Origin: Octopus sinensis
Taxonomy: Eukaryota
Direction of reading: 5' to 3'
DNA length: 64,000 bases
Assembly: GCF_006345805.1 (NCBI RefSeq)
Contig: NC_043015.1
Coordinates: forward strand, 42,470,001-42,534,000
The translations under genes and the position numbers were made by a program. Under the pieces are notes generated by a model. The model was not told the origin of the DNA, searched no databases, and worked only from the letters and a program-made list of their open reading frames with translations. Shown one piece after another: positions 40,361 through 53,119 of this stretch (within the stretch, counting starts at the first letter, position 1; every line of letters begins with the position of its first letter).

Positions 40361-40449
40361 CCCTGGTCTAGACTATGTCACCTTATGCAGTTAGCTGTAT
40401 TCAGTTTGAAATCTATCCAAGTTTTACAGTGATATTTTGTATCTTTCAG

Positions 40450-40581
40450 GTTCAACATCCAGCTGCCAAGATGCTGGTGATGGCTAGTCAGCAGCAAGAA
40501 CAAGAATGTGGTGATGGTACAAATGCTGTTCTGATTCTGGCTGGTTCCTTCCTAGAACACGCCGAAGAACTACTTCGCATG
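40450..40581 (+). CDS. CCT8: CCT8 exon 4
   Basis: VQHPAAKMLVMASQQQEQECGDGTNAVLILAGSFLEHAEELLRM, containing the GDGT ATP-binding motif; AG/GT boundaries. Confidence 0.98.
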
Positions 40582-42342
40582 GTAAGGCTCTAAGTGAAAA
40601 TTTCTTTCAGCAGGTACATCATATTTTGGGGCATGTAAGGCACACCCCAATTTTAAAAGACCCAATCTACGAAAAAGTAAAGAAAACTGCAGCTAACCCT
40701 TGAATCCCTTAACTGAATGTCTCGTACATTTTTGTGTATAGGAACCATGAAAGTTTAGACTGATAACCTTTTGGTAAGCTATTTATAGTAGGCTATATTT
40801 TACATCAATGCAAAGTCACTTTGATCCGCGAAAGAGAGGTGCAGCCAATGGTAAGTATCCAAGAGGTAAAGAAAATCCAAGGTAGAGGTAAGTGTTGATA
40901 GTGGTATTGGTAGAATAAATATCATGACCGACCAAGTCTAGCCAAAACCTGACCTTCATCATATAAGGTGCATGGTAACTTTTGGAAAATGTTTTGGATA
41001 AAAGTGTACTTTGTATGCCAGAAAATTTGACAAAATCTCATTCCACTGTATTGTGTGTGTGTTTATTTCTTTTTTTTCCTTCAGATTATTAGGTTTGTCT
41101 TTCTCCATGTAATTTGAAGGGGCATATCTGAAGTCATGATACTTCTTCACTGACTATGTAGCCACACAGTTTAGGGTTTTTTCCCCCCTTGTATTGTCAT
41201 TGTTTTATTCTTGAGCGAGGTGCTTAGCTTCATACTTAGCTTGCATGCATTCGCTATTACTCCATCCTTCAGTTGATGGTTCCTATTATTTGGTGACCTC
41301 ACTGCTGGTGCCACATAAAAAGTGGAAAAGTGGGGAGCGCTGTTAAGCGGTTAGCATTACAAAGGGCATTCGGCCATAAAAAAACCATGATGGATCAGGC
41401 AGAACTCGGCACATTCTTCTGATTTGCCAGCTCCTGTCAAACTGTCAAACCCATGCCAGTATGGAAAGCTGGAGTTAAATGATGACTCGATAGAAATCAT
41501 TATTCAATATCCATTTTTCCATGCTGGCATGAATTGGATGGGTTGCAGCAGCCAGTGAGCTGCAGGACTTCTTGCTCATATCTGCTTTGGTATGGTTTCT
41601 ATGGTTGGATACCTTTCCTAATGCCAACCACTTTGCATTGTGTACTAGGTAGGGCTTTTTTCTTTTCTTTTTGATGGTGAGGGGTACTGCTAAGTAATTT
41701 ATAAGAAAATGAAAGAAAACAAAAAAGCCCTATCAGCTGAAAGTGAGATGGTTTTTTGCCCATTGTTGAAAGTTGATGTGTAATAGAGGGGCAAGCACAG
41801 GTGTCTTGCTGTAGAGATAATGATGGTAAGAAGGTGCAAGCAGATGAATGTAAGAGAATATGGACAAGGAATTGGTGAATGTAGTGAGTGGTGAACGACA
41901 GTAGAAGTGGGGTTGATGTTAAATACCAATAACTTCACAGTTGAATGGTTGGTTGTAAGAAATGATGTTTCAGCTATAAATTTTAAAAGCAAAGAGAGAT
42001 TACTACAAACTAATTGAGAATTTGCTTTCTCAATTGTTGAATACCCGTAAATCTTAAACATGGTCTTTGAATATATGGTAATGGTTGACGTTTCATATCT
42101 TTCCATTAAAAACCCACATAACATTCAGTGGCTCATTCCTTTGTTATAAGTGGGTACTTCGTGAAGGTTTATTCCTGGGGACACATTTTCCAGTGTATCT
42201 TCCTTTTAAATCCCAAGTTTTGTTTGGTACGTTGGACCAAAGTGATTTCTAAACACTAATTTTTAATTAATTGTATAAGTAATCATTTATGTATGTTTGT
42301 ATATAGTTTCCTTAATTAGTTTCCAATCTCTTCTTTTTGTAG

Positions 42343-42412
42343 GGTTTGTCTGTCCCTGAAGTAATTGAGGGCTACGAGATTGCTTACGCTAAAGCTACAG
42401 AATACTTACCAG
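42343..42412 (+). CDS. CCT8: CCT8 exon 5
   Basis: GLSVPEVIEGYEIAYAKATEYLP+G; AG/GT boundaries; frame continuous with neighbouring exons. Confidence 0.96.
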
Positions 42413-42663
42413 GTATGGTTTACTGTCTTCTTGCTTTTCCATGCTTTTACAAATTTTATCTGATGTAGTGACTTGTAGCAAAAGCTTCCCATATATTTTC
42501 ATTAAAAAAAAAAAAAGGAAAGAAAGAAATTATACATTTTTTTTTTTTACAAAACTGAGTTTTTTCATAAAATACATACTGAAGACTTGTCTGCGTTGCC
42601 GGTTGTAATTTCAATCTGTTATCTTTTAGTAAACCTTACACTTTTTTTTTTTTTCTTTTTTAG

Positions 42664-42792
42664 AACTTGTTGTTGGCCAAGTTAAAGATCTACGAAACAG
42701 GGAAGACGTCAGAAAAGTAATTCGTTCTGCTGTTATGAGCAAACAATACGGTTCCGAAGATTTCTTATCTGATCTAATTACTGATGCTTGTA
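42664..42792 (+). CDS. CCT8: CCT8 exon 6
   Basis: (E)LVVGQVKDLRNREDVRKVIRSAVMSKQYGSEDFLSDLITDAC+A; GTGAGT donor. Confidence 0.96.
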
Positions 42793-43694
42793 GTGAGTAT
42801 TTTTCACTTTTCTCTCCAAATTTCATTTTAGTCCAAGATGTTATAAACCTACCTATATGTTCTGTTTCCATCTTTTATAAGTTATCCTAATCTGTGTTAT
42901 TTTAACTCTTTAGCATTTCAGATTTCTCTTGTCAAATGTAATGCTTTTTCGTTCATGTTGCTTTTAATTAATCATGCATTATCTGATAGCTTCGAAATTT
43001 TGATATCATCATCATCATCATCGTTTTACGTCCGTTTTCCGTGCTAGCACAGGTTGGATGGTTCGACTGGGGTCTGGAAAGCCAGGAGGCTACACCAGGC
43101 ACCAGTCTGATCTGGCAGTGTTTCCACAGCTGGATGCCCTTCCTAATGCCAACCACTCCGTGGGTGTAGTGGGTGCCTTTTACGTGCCACCGGCATGGGC
43201 CGGAGGAGACTGGCTAACAGCTATGATTGGTTGGTGCCTTAACGTGTCACCGATACAGGCGCCAGTCAGATGGTGCTTTTAACGTTGTCACTGGCACAAG
43301 TATCTTAACTACAATTTCCATGGCATTGATAGGCTGGATACGGCTGGTTTAAATGCTAAAAGGTTAATTAAACACTTATGTAGCTAAACTCATTTAATGA
43401 TTGAAACGGTAAGCAGCAGAATTATTCTGACAGACAGTCTTCTGTAATTAGTAGGCCTCTTACTGTCTCAGCACAGTAGTACTAGCGATTGAGATTCTTT
43501 GAAAACCAATCCTTATCAGGATGGAACTCATTACTTCAGAAAGTTTGTAGACATTGAAGAACCAATACTGATCTAATCATTACTGAAACGTTTGTTTCCA
43601 AAGCCTTTCCAGATAATTGATTTTTCTTGGCCATGGTTGGTCACCTCACCTTAAATATTAAATGAAATGTAGGTACCTGCATCATAAGTATTCA

Positions 43695-44040
43695 ATTCGG
43701 TTCAATTCAATTTTTATTGGCTCAAAAAGCAAAAGCAAGGCCATGTAGGGGGACAGGGAGGGTGGTCATATAAAGAGTTCAGGCCATTTCTGGTCAAGAG
43801 AGACTTTGAACTGAGCGGTTGTCGGCATCTTCACTATCTCGTCTGGCAGCTTATTCCACAGATCCGCAACCCGGACAGAGAAAGCCCCTCTCCGATTGAG
43901 ATGAAATCGTCGTAGATAGAGCTTTTCGGAGTGACCCCGCAGCCCATGCTCTGGAGCAGGAGTGAAGAACAGCTCTTTCGAGAGGTTACACTTTCTGCTT
44001 ATGATGTTGTGAGTGAGAATCAGTTCACCACGGCGGCATC
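43695..44040 (-). mobile_element. CR1-type LINE 3' end
   Basis: Minus frame ...LRGHSEKLYLRRFHLNRRGAFSVRVADLWNKLPDEIVKMPTTAQFKVSLDQKW, the typical CR1 C-terminal signature; short (ATTGA)n-like tail. Confidence 0.8.
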
Positions 44041-44469
44041 GTTTTTTTTTTTAAATTAGTGCAGATCATAAGAAGTCCTTGACTGTATCCAGAAAGTTTT
44101 TGAATCTGTATCAAGAAAGATAACTATTGATAGATGAAATTAGCTTTGGTCATTTCACCATGGTACATGTTGTACCAGATGTACATGGTTGAGCTCAAAT
44201 CTACTTGACCAAATTTGACATTAAATTTGTTAATTTATGAATAAATACCATTCAAAGTATTCATTTTAATGTAGTGTATGACTGGCTTTTGTAAATAGTG
44301 TCACAAGTTCTATTTTGTTTTGCTTCTTGTAACAAAGTTGAAGGGTCTTTTTTTTATGTTATGCTAAGTATGATTTGGAAACTTTTCAATGTATCTTGTA
44401 AAATTAAATGTCAACTGAATTTGTGAGTTATGCATCACATGAGTAAATAATGTTTTACTTCAATTTCAG

Positions 44470-44531
44470 TTGGAATATTATCCATGAAAAATACTTTCAA
44501 TGTTGATAATGTCAGAGTATGCAAGATTCTG
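44470..44531 (+). CDS. CCT8: CCT8 exon 7
   Basis: (I)GILSMKNTFNVDNVRVCKIL, containing FNVDNVRVCKI; AG/GT boundaries. Confidence 0.96.
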
Positions 44532-44748
44532 GTAAGATTTTCTTCACTTTGTTTTCATTTCTATATTCATTCATTAGTGGCTTTACTGATTGCTTTGCAG
44601 CCTTCTATTCTGTTCATTGTATAATTTTAACTATTTTTGAATTAAAAGCACTGATATTTTTTTTTAAATAGCAATTTTAGTGTCAAAATCTTTCTGGTGT
44701 TTTTAGCAAATTTGTAGTTTCTATGTTTAAGTCTTTCTCTGTTTTTAG

Positions 44749-44886
44749 GGTTGTAGTATGATGAATTCCAGTGTGCTTCAAGGAATGGTTTTCAAGCGTG
44801 CAGTTGAAGGTGATATCACTAAAGCAGAGAAATGCAAAATAGCTATCTATTCCTGCCCATTAGATTCTTTGCAAACAGAAACTAAG
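44749..44886 (+). CDS. CCT8: CCT8 exon 8
   Basis: GCSMMNSSVLQGMVFKRAVEGDITKAEKCKIAIYSCPLDSLQTETK; AG/GT boundaries. Confidence 0.97.
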
Positions 44887-46112
44887 GTAAGAGTGACCCC
44901 TTTTTTTTAAAAATTTTTTATACACCTCTCACTAACAATACAATTGACAAGTGCTTTCTCCCTTTTTTTTTCTTTTTTAAAATCTAATTCTGTCTTTTGT
45001 GACAGTGTTAGCATGAACCGTTCTCAAAATATTTGGTTTAGGACTTTATATTTGAGAATTAGCATCCATGTATCCCAACATATCTACAGTCAAACAATCA
45101 AATGACTTAAACAAGTAAAAGATTGTAATATAATAGAGTGAATTGATTCTTTTAGGTTTTTTTTTTAGTTTTAGGTATTTTCATAATTCGAATTTCATTA
45201 AAGCAGTTCAAAGTTTTTACTTAACGTTTTTATAGATGTTTGTAGCAGAGAATTTGTGACAAGAACCACCAAAACCATGGAGTAGGCAGTCCACTGGTAA
45301 TTGGTGGAGTGAAAATACTTGTGGCCAAACATTTCTAAGTGTAAGGCAGGCAAACAATGAATCTTTTTCAGAAGTCTCCTGCTTATATGACAAATAGGTT
45401 CATTTCGATTCTAGTATAAACCTTTTTGCTCACCTTAACATGAAAGGCTGGTGGTTTTATAAAATGACTATTATTGCCTGCACTTTAGATTTTATTATTG
45501 ATGTGGACTTCTTTCTGCAATAATATTACATTGAAGAAGTTTTAAACGCTAATAAGCTCTCAACTGGACAATAATTTATTTCACAATAAACGCATGGTTT
45601 ATAATTATTTTATCATCATCGTTAACATCCGCTTTCCATGCTAGCATGGGTTGGACGGTTCGACCGGGGTCTGGGAAGCCAGGAGGCTGCACCGGGCCCA
45701 GTCTGATCTGGCAGTGTTTCTACGGCTGGATGCCCTTCCTAACACCAACCACCTTGTGAGTGTAGTGGGTGCTTTTTACGTGCCACCGGCACAAGCGCCA
45801 GGCGAGGCTGGCAACGGCCACGATCTGTTGGTGCTTTTTACGTGCCACCGGCACGGAGGCCAGTTGGGGCAGCGCCAATTTTCTACTTATCCATCTGACT
45901 ACATACCTACCCAGAAATCTCTATTTTTCCATTTGTTTATCTACTTACTCATCTCCTTCCACCTGTGTTTAGTCTCTTCTCTCCACCTACCTTTCTGTTT
46001 GTGTAAATCCTTACCTGTCTTTGTCACCTCATCTGTCAATACAATTGAGCAATAAAACCTAAACCAACGATTTCATAAGAAAGTTTTACTAATTCCATCC
46101 ATTTCTTAACAG

Positions 46113-46184
46113 GGAACTGTCCTGATAAAAACTGCCGAAGAATTGCTGAATTTCAGCAAAGGTGAAGAGGACCAAATGGAAAAG
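46113..46184 (+). CDS. CCT8: CCT8 exon 9
   Basis: GTVLIKTAEELLNFSKGEEDQMEK; GTGAGT donor. Confidence 0.97.
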
Positions 46185-46297
46185 GTGAGTTTGTATTTTC
46201 TTCTGGTAGATTATGGTGTTATTTTGCTTTTTGTTTGTTTCTTTCCCCCCTAATATTTTCCTGAGGTGTATCTAATTGCATATGTTTTTTATTTCAG

Positions 46298-46471
46298 CAC
46301 ATTCAAACCATTGCTGACTCTGGTGTTAATGTGATTGTTACCGGTGGTAAAGTTGGTGAGCTTAGTCTCCACTATTGCAACAAATATAACTTGCTAGTCG
46401 TTCGTCTTTTATCCAAATTTGACCTTAGAAGATTGGCTCGTTCCGTGTCAGCAACTGTCCTCCCCAAAATT
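46298..46471 (+). CDS. CCT8: CCT8 exon 10
   Basis: HIQTIADSGVNVIVTGGKVGELSLHYCNKYNLLVVRLLSKFDLRRLARSVSATVLPKI; GTAAGT donor. Confidence 0.97.
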
Positions 46472-47981
46472 GTAAGTAAACAGTCTTTTTTCTAACATTA
46501 ATCTCTTCATAATAATAATAATAATAATAATAATAATAGCTGATATGAATATTGGTTAGTTAGATTGATTCTCCGATCACACTTTCCACCATGCAGAGGG
46601 GGAGAGTAAGCGTTTGAGATGCAGGATAAGTGCACAATCTAAGGCTTGGTGGCAGGCACTGAGTAAAGGAATGCATGCCATATTGATATTACTCCTGTTA
46701 AAGTATTACTTAGAAAGTTAACTGTTATATGACCAATAAGGCTAAACTATGCAGCCTACCCTAGCACGTAAAAAGCACCATCCGTATGTAGCCAATGCCA
46801 GCACCGCCTTGACTGGCTTCCGAGTCGGTGGCATGTAAAGTCCACCAACCGATCGTGGCCGTTGCCAGCCTACCCTGGCACCTGTACCGGTGGCACGTAA
46901 AAAGCACCCACTACACTCACGGAGTGGTTGGCGTTAGGAAGGGCATCCAGCTGTAGAAACACTGCCAGATCAGATTGGAGCCTGGTGCAGCCCTTGGCTT
47001 CCCAGACCCCAGTTGAACCGTCCAACCCATACTTGCATGGAAAACGGACGTTAAACGATGATGCTGATGATATGCTTGTTTTAATCTTGATTACAAAGTA
47101 ATTGTGCTGCATGAAACTGAGTGATGATCAAAATGGCCTGATTTAAAGGTGTCTTTATATAATTCTTGATGCTTTCATCAACAAAAGAAAATAAATAACA
47201 AACTCACTACAAGGCAAGCACACAGCAGGAGAGATCTTCACAGGAAGAACTCCCATCCAACAAGTGTTTCTGCCCTTATACCTGATGCTCTGCAGGAGCC
47301 AGGCCCACCCAGGTCATGACTCTTACGTGTCCTGCTGCTGCTTTCCAAACTCCTGGCTCCAGCGGGATTTGAACCTGCATGGTTGTTTTTGTGAACTTGT
47401 GTTCCCAGGTCTGTGTTTTAACCCACTGGGCAACTCTGACTGACAAAGGAACCAGTTCTCTTCTTCCTTATATTCCTGTAAATAACTAATGGAATCCATA
47501 ATTAGGTCTATTGATCATTTCTAGACTAACTTAAAAATTGTAAAACATTTAGCTTCTGATACCAGTAATGTCATTGGTCAGAGCAGATGCTGTAGAAGTA
47601 AAACTGGTGCCTGTTCTTTTATTAGGTGCAGGCATGGCTATGTGGTTAAGAAATTCACTGTATAGTTTTAGGTTTGATCTTGCTGTGAGACACCTTGGGT
47701 AAGACTGACCAATGCTTTGTGAGTGAATTCGGTTAGTGGAAATAAGTCCTGGGGTCAGTTTAACTAAACCATTCGATCAGCTGCTCTGCATGGCTGTAGT
47801 CCACGGATTGAATCAAAGGATGAGTCTGGAATTCAGTTTTTTATTTTAGTTATGCCCACTTCAAAGAACATCTTTTTGTACTTAATCCACCTCAAAATTA
47901 AGGCATTTTATTAAAAAAGTGAAAAAAAAATTAATTACTTAACGGCACCTGGGATTATCGTTATGCTATTTTCTATTCTAG

Positions 47982-48069
47982 ACTGTTCCAACCACCGAAG
48001 AGATGGGATTTTGCGACCATGTTTATGTAGATGAAATTGGAGAAACTGCTGTTGTGATATTTAAACAAG
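47982..48069 (+). CDS. CCT8: CCT8 exon 11
   Basis: TVPTTEEMGFCDHVYVDEIGETAVVIFKQ+G; GTGAGT donor. Confidence 0.96.
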
Positions 48070-48177
48070 GTGAGTAGGACACCTGCGTTTTATTTCTTAA
48101 TTATTGATAATGATTGGTGCACTTATTAGCCTGATTGTTTATTTTTATTTATTTATTTATTTTTTCTCTGATTTCAG

Positions 48178-48293
48178 AGAAGGATGACACTGCAATCTCT
48201 ACAATTGTAGTCAGGGGTTCCTCTGACAATATTGTAGACGATATTGAAAGATGTATTGATGACGGTGTCAACACATTTAAAGCTATGACAAAG
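48178..48293 (+). CDS. CCT8: CCT8 exon 12
   Basis: (E)KDDTAISTIVVRGSSDNIVDDIERCIDDGVNTFKAMTK; AG/GT boundaries. Confidence 0.97.
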
Positions 48294-48411
48294 GTAAGGG
48301 CTGAAGCACTAGTTATTATATCCCGTCCTGTAGTGCCTTCTCTCTATTCATCTCCCAATCCTGTTGGAAACTAGAGATTTTGATAAGATGCTGTTAGCCA
48401 AGTACTATTAT

Positions 48412-48640
48412 TTAACCCTTTCGTTACCAACCTGGCCAAAACCGGCTCTGGCTCTGTAGTACAAATGTCTTGTTTTCATAAGTTTTGCATCAAAATATAC
48501 CACCAAACCTTAGTTGCAATTTATATTCCTAACACTAGCTTAATGATGACTAAGTTATTTTACTAAATTCTTTGTTATATTTAAAATAATTGAAAGAAAC
48601 ACAGAGCATCTCAAAATAAATACAGTAACGAAAGGGTTAA
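48412..48640. mobile_element. TTAA-flanked piggyBac-like MITE
   Basis: Perfect 16-bp termini ttaaccctttcgttac / gtaacgaaagggttaa. Confidence 0.8.
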
Positions 48641-49368
48641 AGAAAAAAAAAACAGGAATGTATGTATATAAACTATTACATGAACTTGGGCGAAATTTGC
48701 TGATAGCATTATGACTAATATACTCTGAAGATGTGGTTTTAACCTGTTATGTCACTTTCACTTTCTAAGTTGGTTGAATGCAGATAAGCTTTTTTTCTTT
48801 CTTTAGGGGTGTATTCATTTCTGAAGGTACATGTCTTAGTGGTTAGGGTGTTTGGCTCAAGTTCATGAGTTCAATTCCTGGTGGCACAGTGTGTCCTTGA
48901 ACAAGACACTCAGTTTCACATTGTCCCAGTCCACTCAGCTGGCAAAAATAATTAGTACCTGTAAATCGAATGGTTACCCATGTCACAATCTGTGTTACCC
49001 TGAATCTCTTTGAGAATACCTGAAGGGTCCACGTGTCTGGAGTGCCCAGCCACTTGCATGTCCATTTCACAAGCAGGCTCTTCTCTTCAGCGGATCAACT
49101 GCAACACTTGTTCTCATAACTGACAGAGAGCCACACTCTTCTATTAACTTTCGTATAAATCTGGAATCAGAAATATAGACTGTAGTAATACAGAAAAATA
49201 CTTTCTGTAAACCAAATATGATTAATTGTCTGTGAGGATGAAGACTAAAAATTATGGCACTGTTTTATACACGTCTGTGGTTGTGGTTGTTTAGTTTGTG
49301 TACCATTGTACATTGTTGTAAAATAGTATTTTTATTAATATTATGTGATATTGCATATTTCATTGCAG

Positions 49369-49440
49369 GATAGTAGATTGGTTGCTGGTGCCGGTGCAGT
49401 AGAAATTGAACTGGCTAAAAGAATTACTACTTTTGGTGAG
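49369..49440 (+). CDS. CCT8: CCT8 exon 13
   Basis: DSRLVAGAGAVEIELAKRITTFGE; GTAAGT donor opening the 8.05-kb intron 13. Confidence 0.97.
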
Positions 49441-49520
49441 GTAAGTCAAATCAATTGAATTGTACCGAAATTTAATTTATAGCTGTTTATATAAAATATA
49501 TATACATATATATATATATA

Positions 49521-49915
49521 GGCGCAGGAATGGCTGTGTGGTAAGTAGCTTGTTTACCAACCACATGGTTCCGGGTTTAGTCCCACTGCGTGGCACCTTG
49601 GGCAAGTGTCTTCTACTATAGCCTCGGGCCGACCAAAGCCTTGTCAGTGGATTTGGTAGACGGAAACTGAAGGAAGCTCTGGTGTATTTACGTCCCTGTA
49701 ATTTGTGTATATATTTGTGTGTCTGTGTTTGTCCCCTAGCGTTGCTTGACAACCGACGCTGGTGTGTTTACGTCTCCGTCACTTAGTGGTTCGGCAAAAG
49801 AGACCGATAGAATAAGTACTGGGCTTACAAAAGAATAAGTCCCGGGGTCGAGTTGCTCGATTAAAGGCGGTGCTCCAGCATGGCCGCAGTCAAATGACTG
49901 AAACAAGTAGAAGAA
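49521..49915 (+). mobile_element. tRNA/CORE-type SINE immediately upstream of the intron-13 array
   Basis: Family head ggcgcaggaatggctgtgtgg through tail gaaacaagtagaaga. Confidence 0.85.
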
Positions 49916-50005
49916 TATACAATTAGATTAAATACTATGAAAATCATTTTAATTTCTTTCCTTTCTCTTTCTACTTGTTGACGTCGTCTGTTGCTAACGT
50001 TAAAT

Positions 50006-50058
50006 ATGATGATGTGGAATTCCCCCTCTGACTTCTATGGAGACCTTCCAATTTCTGA
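50006..50058 (+). ncRNA. Candidate box C/D snoRNA copy 1
   Basis: Box C ATGATGA; guide TGTGGAATTCCCCCT; D' CTGA; C'-like ATGGAGA; guide CCTTCCAATTT; box D CTGA. External stem CTGTTGC (49988-49994) / GCAACAG (50065-50071). Confidence 0.72.
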
Positions 50059-50662
50059 TTGCTTGCAACAGTATATGGGATGCGTGTGTGTGTGTATTAA
50101 GAAATAAATCTTTTGTCATCTAAAAACAAATGTGACGAATTAGCAGTCTACTTGGGGAGGACTACCCAGTTGTAAAGCAATGCCTAAAATCTATTCATCT
50201 AACCCATGCCAGCTTGGAGAAATGGATGTAAGTGAATATATGATTTTAGATATATATATAGATGTGTGTGTATCATGAATTTTTTTTATTGTGCTTTTTT
50301 TTTTTACCTTAAATGCTGATATTAACCTTTTTTCGTTATTATATTTCTTACCATAGTACACCCCTCATGAGTTTCAATTAAATTCTAAAGTAATCATGAA
50401 TTTAGACTTTCATTAAACAACTGTAACTTTTATACTTATCAATATATTAATGTGATATTTGGCACGCAATTATAGAAAGGGTTCTTAATCAATTCTATAG
50501 CTTAACTTAAAGAGGACTTAAAAGAGAACGTGAAACAATCTACTTAACACTCTCTTCACTTACATTTAATTTTACTAATTAGAATTAAATGCTATGAAAA
50601 TAATTTTGATTTCTCTCCTTTCTCTTTCTACTCGTTGACGTCATCTGTTGCTAACGTTAAAT

Positions 50663-50715
50663 ATGATGATGTGGAATTCCCCCTCTGACTTCTATGGAGA
50701 CCTTCCAGTTTCTGA
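50663..50715 (+). ncRNA. Candidate box C/D snoRNA copy 2 (D-guide variant CCTTCCAGTTT)
   Basis: Same box layout and external stem as copy 1. Confidence 0.68.
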
Positions 50716-51801
50716 TTGCTTGCAACAGTGTATGGGATGCATGTGTGTGTGTGTGTAATAAGAAATAAGTCTTTTGTCATCTAAAAACATATGTGACATG
50801 TGAGCAGTATGAGGGCTACCCATCTGTAAAACGATGCCTAAAATATATTCCTCTAACCCATGCTAGCTCGGAGAAATGGACGTAAGTGAATATATGATTT
50901 TAGATATATATGGATGTGTGTGTAATCATGAATTGTCTTTTTTATTGTGCTTTTTTGTTTACCTTAAGTACTGATATTTAAAATCTGAATACAAGTGAAA
51001 TTTAGTGTGTGGAAACCTTAATCCTTTGGCGTTCAGATAACTCTATCAAAAGATATATCTTTCTTATTTGCATTGTTTTGAATTAACCATCCATTGTCTC
51101 ATAGCTTCAAGTTTTCAATGCTGTGATAGTTTGTTTTTAGAATCACATTCAGGGTGGGCGTGAAAGGCTGGGTCTGCTCGGTGTCAATGTAAAACAGCAT
51201 ATTTTGGCAAGATATGGTGGATTTAAATGCTAACATGTTGATATCTCTATGGGTAAATTCTTCTGATAATGCATTTGTATTACTATCCTGGACATTACAT
51301 CATCATCGTTTAACGTCCGTTCTCCATGCTAGCATAGGTTGGATAGTTCGACCGGGGATCTGGGAAGCCAGAGGGCTGCCCCAGGCTCCGGTCTTATCTG
51401 GCAATGTTTCTATAGCTGGATGCCCTTCCTAACGCCAACCACTCCGTGAGTGTAGTTAGAATTAAAGTATCAAGCTGTGAGGAAAATGTTTGTTATCGAA
51501 ACATTTCTAAGATTCCTGTTTGAAATGAAGAATAGTTGTCTTCATGGTTAAGGCAAGGCAAGCTGATTGTTATTAACAATCACTGTGATATTAGATACTT
51601 AGGGAATTGCCATAACTCCAAGATGAATTTATTGAACAGAAGACTACATTATTAAAAGAGAATGTGAAATAAGCTACTTAACACTCTCTTCAGTTACATA
51701 TAATTTTACTAATTACAATTAAGTTAAATGCTATGAAAATAATTTAAATATGTCTCCTTTCTCTTTCTACTCGTTGACGTCATCTGTTGCTAACGTTAAA
51801 T

Positions 51802-51854
51802 ATGATGATGTGGAATTCCCCCTCTGACTTCTATGGAGACCTTCCACTTTCTGA
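51802..51854 (+). ncRNA. Candidate box C/D snoRNA copy 3 (D-guide variant CCTTCCACTTT)
   Basis: Same box layout and external stem as copy 1. Confidence 0.68.
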
Positions 51855-52397
51855 TTACTTGCAACAGTGTATGGGATATGCGTGTGTGTGTACTAAGAAA
51901 TGTTTTTGTCATCTAAAAAGAAATGTAACATATGAGCAGTCTACATGGGGAGGACTACCCAGTTCAAAAACAATGCCTAAAATCTATTCATCTAACCCAT
52001 GCTAGCTTGGAGAAATGGATGTAAGTGAATATATGATTTTAGATACATATAGATATGTGTGTATCATGAATTGTCTTTTTTTTTTTTTTTTTATGCTGAT
52101 ATTTAACCCTTTCGTTACTATATTTCTTACCATAATACACCCCTCATGAGTTTCAGTTAAATTCTAAAGTTTCATTAAACAACTGTAACTTTTTTTTACT
52201 TATTGGCACACAATTATAGAAAGGGTTCTTAATCAATTCTATAGCTTAACTTAAAGAGAATGTGAAATAAGCTACTTAGCACTCTCTTCAGTTTACATTT
52301 AATTTTAATAATTACAATTAAATTAAATGCTATGAAAATAATTTTAATTTCTCTCCTTTCTCTTTCTACTCGACGTCGTCTGTTGCTAACGTTAAAT

Positions 52398-52450
52398 ATG
52401 ATGATGTGGAATTCCCCCTCTGACTTCTATGGAGACCTTCCAATTTCTGG
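52398..52450 (+). ncRNA. Candidate box C/D snoRNA copy 4, box D mutated (CTGG); probable pseudo-copy
   Basis: Core identical to copy 1 except terminal CTGA>CTGG. Confidence 0.45.
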
Positions 52451-53066
52451 TTGCTTGCAACAGTGTATGGGATATGCGTGTGTGTGTACTAAGAAATAAA
52501 TCCTTTGTGATCTAAAAACAAATGTGACGAATTAGCAGTCTACTTGGGGAGGACTGCCCAGTTGTAAAATAATGCCTAAAATATATTCATCTAACCCATG
52601 CTAGCTTGGAGAAATGGATGTAAGTGAATATATGATTTTAGATATATGTGGATGTGTGTGTAATCATGAATTGTCTTTTTTTATTGTGCTTTTTTTTTTT
52701 TTTTTTACCTTAAATGCTGATATTAACCCTTTTTCGTTATTATATTTCTTACCAAAATACACCCCTCATGAGTTTCAATTAAATTCTAAAGTGATCATGA
52801 ATTTAGACTTTCATTAAACAACTAACTTTTATACTTATCACCATATTAATGTGATATTTGGCACGCAATTATAGAAAGGGTTCTTAATCAATTCTATAGC
52901 TTAATTTAAAGAGGACTTAAAAGAGAATGTGAAATAATCTACTTAACACTCTTTTCTCTTACATTTAATTTTACTAATTAGAATTAAATTAAATGCTGTG
53001 AAAATAATTTTAATTTCTCTCCTTTCTCTTTCTACTCGTTGACGTCATCTGTTGCTAACGTTAAAT

Positions 53067-53119
53067 ATGATGATGTGGAATTCCCCCTCTGACTTCTATG
53101 GAGACCTTCCAATTTCTGA
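53067..53119 (+). ncRNA. Candidate box C/D snoRNA copy 5
   Basis: Core identical to copy 1. Confidence 0.7.

Noticed and set aside
50013-50027. Assigning the D' guide to the conserved 28S AAGGGGAAUCCGAC segment
   Set aside because: As I recall that sequence, pairing needs a bulge and mismatches; not good enough without the species' own rRNA sequence.
51787-52005. ORF MLTLNMMMWNSPSDFYGDLP... (and 52614-52817, 56517-56705) as coding repeats
   Set aside because: The frame is broken by stops and indels in other units, there are no matching splice sites, and the CCT8 CDS is complete without it.
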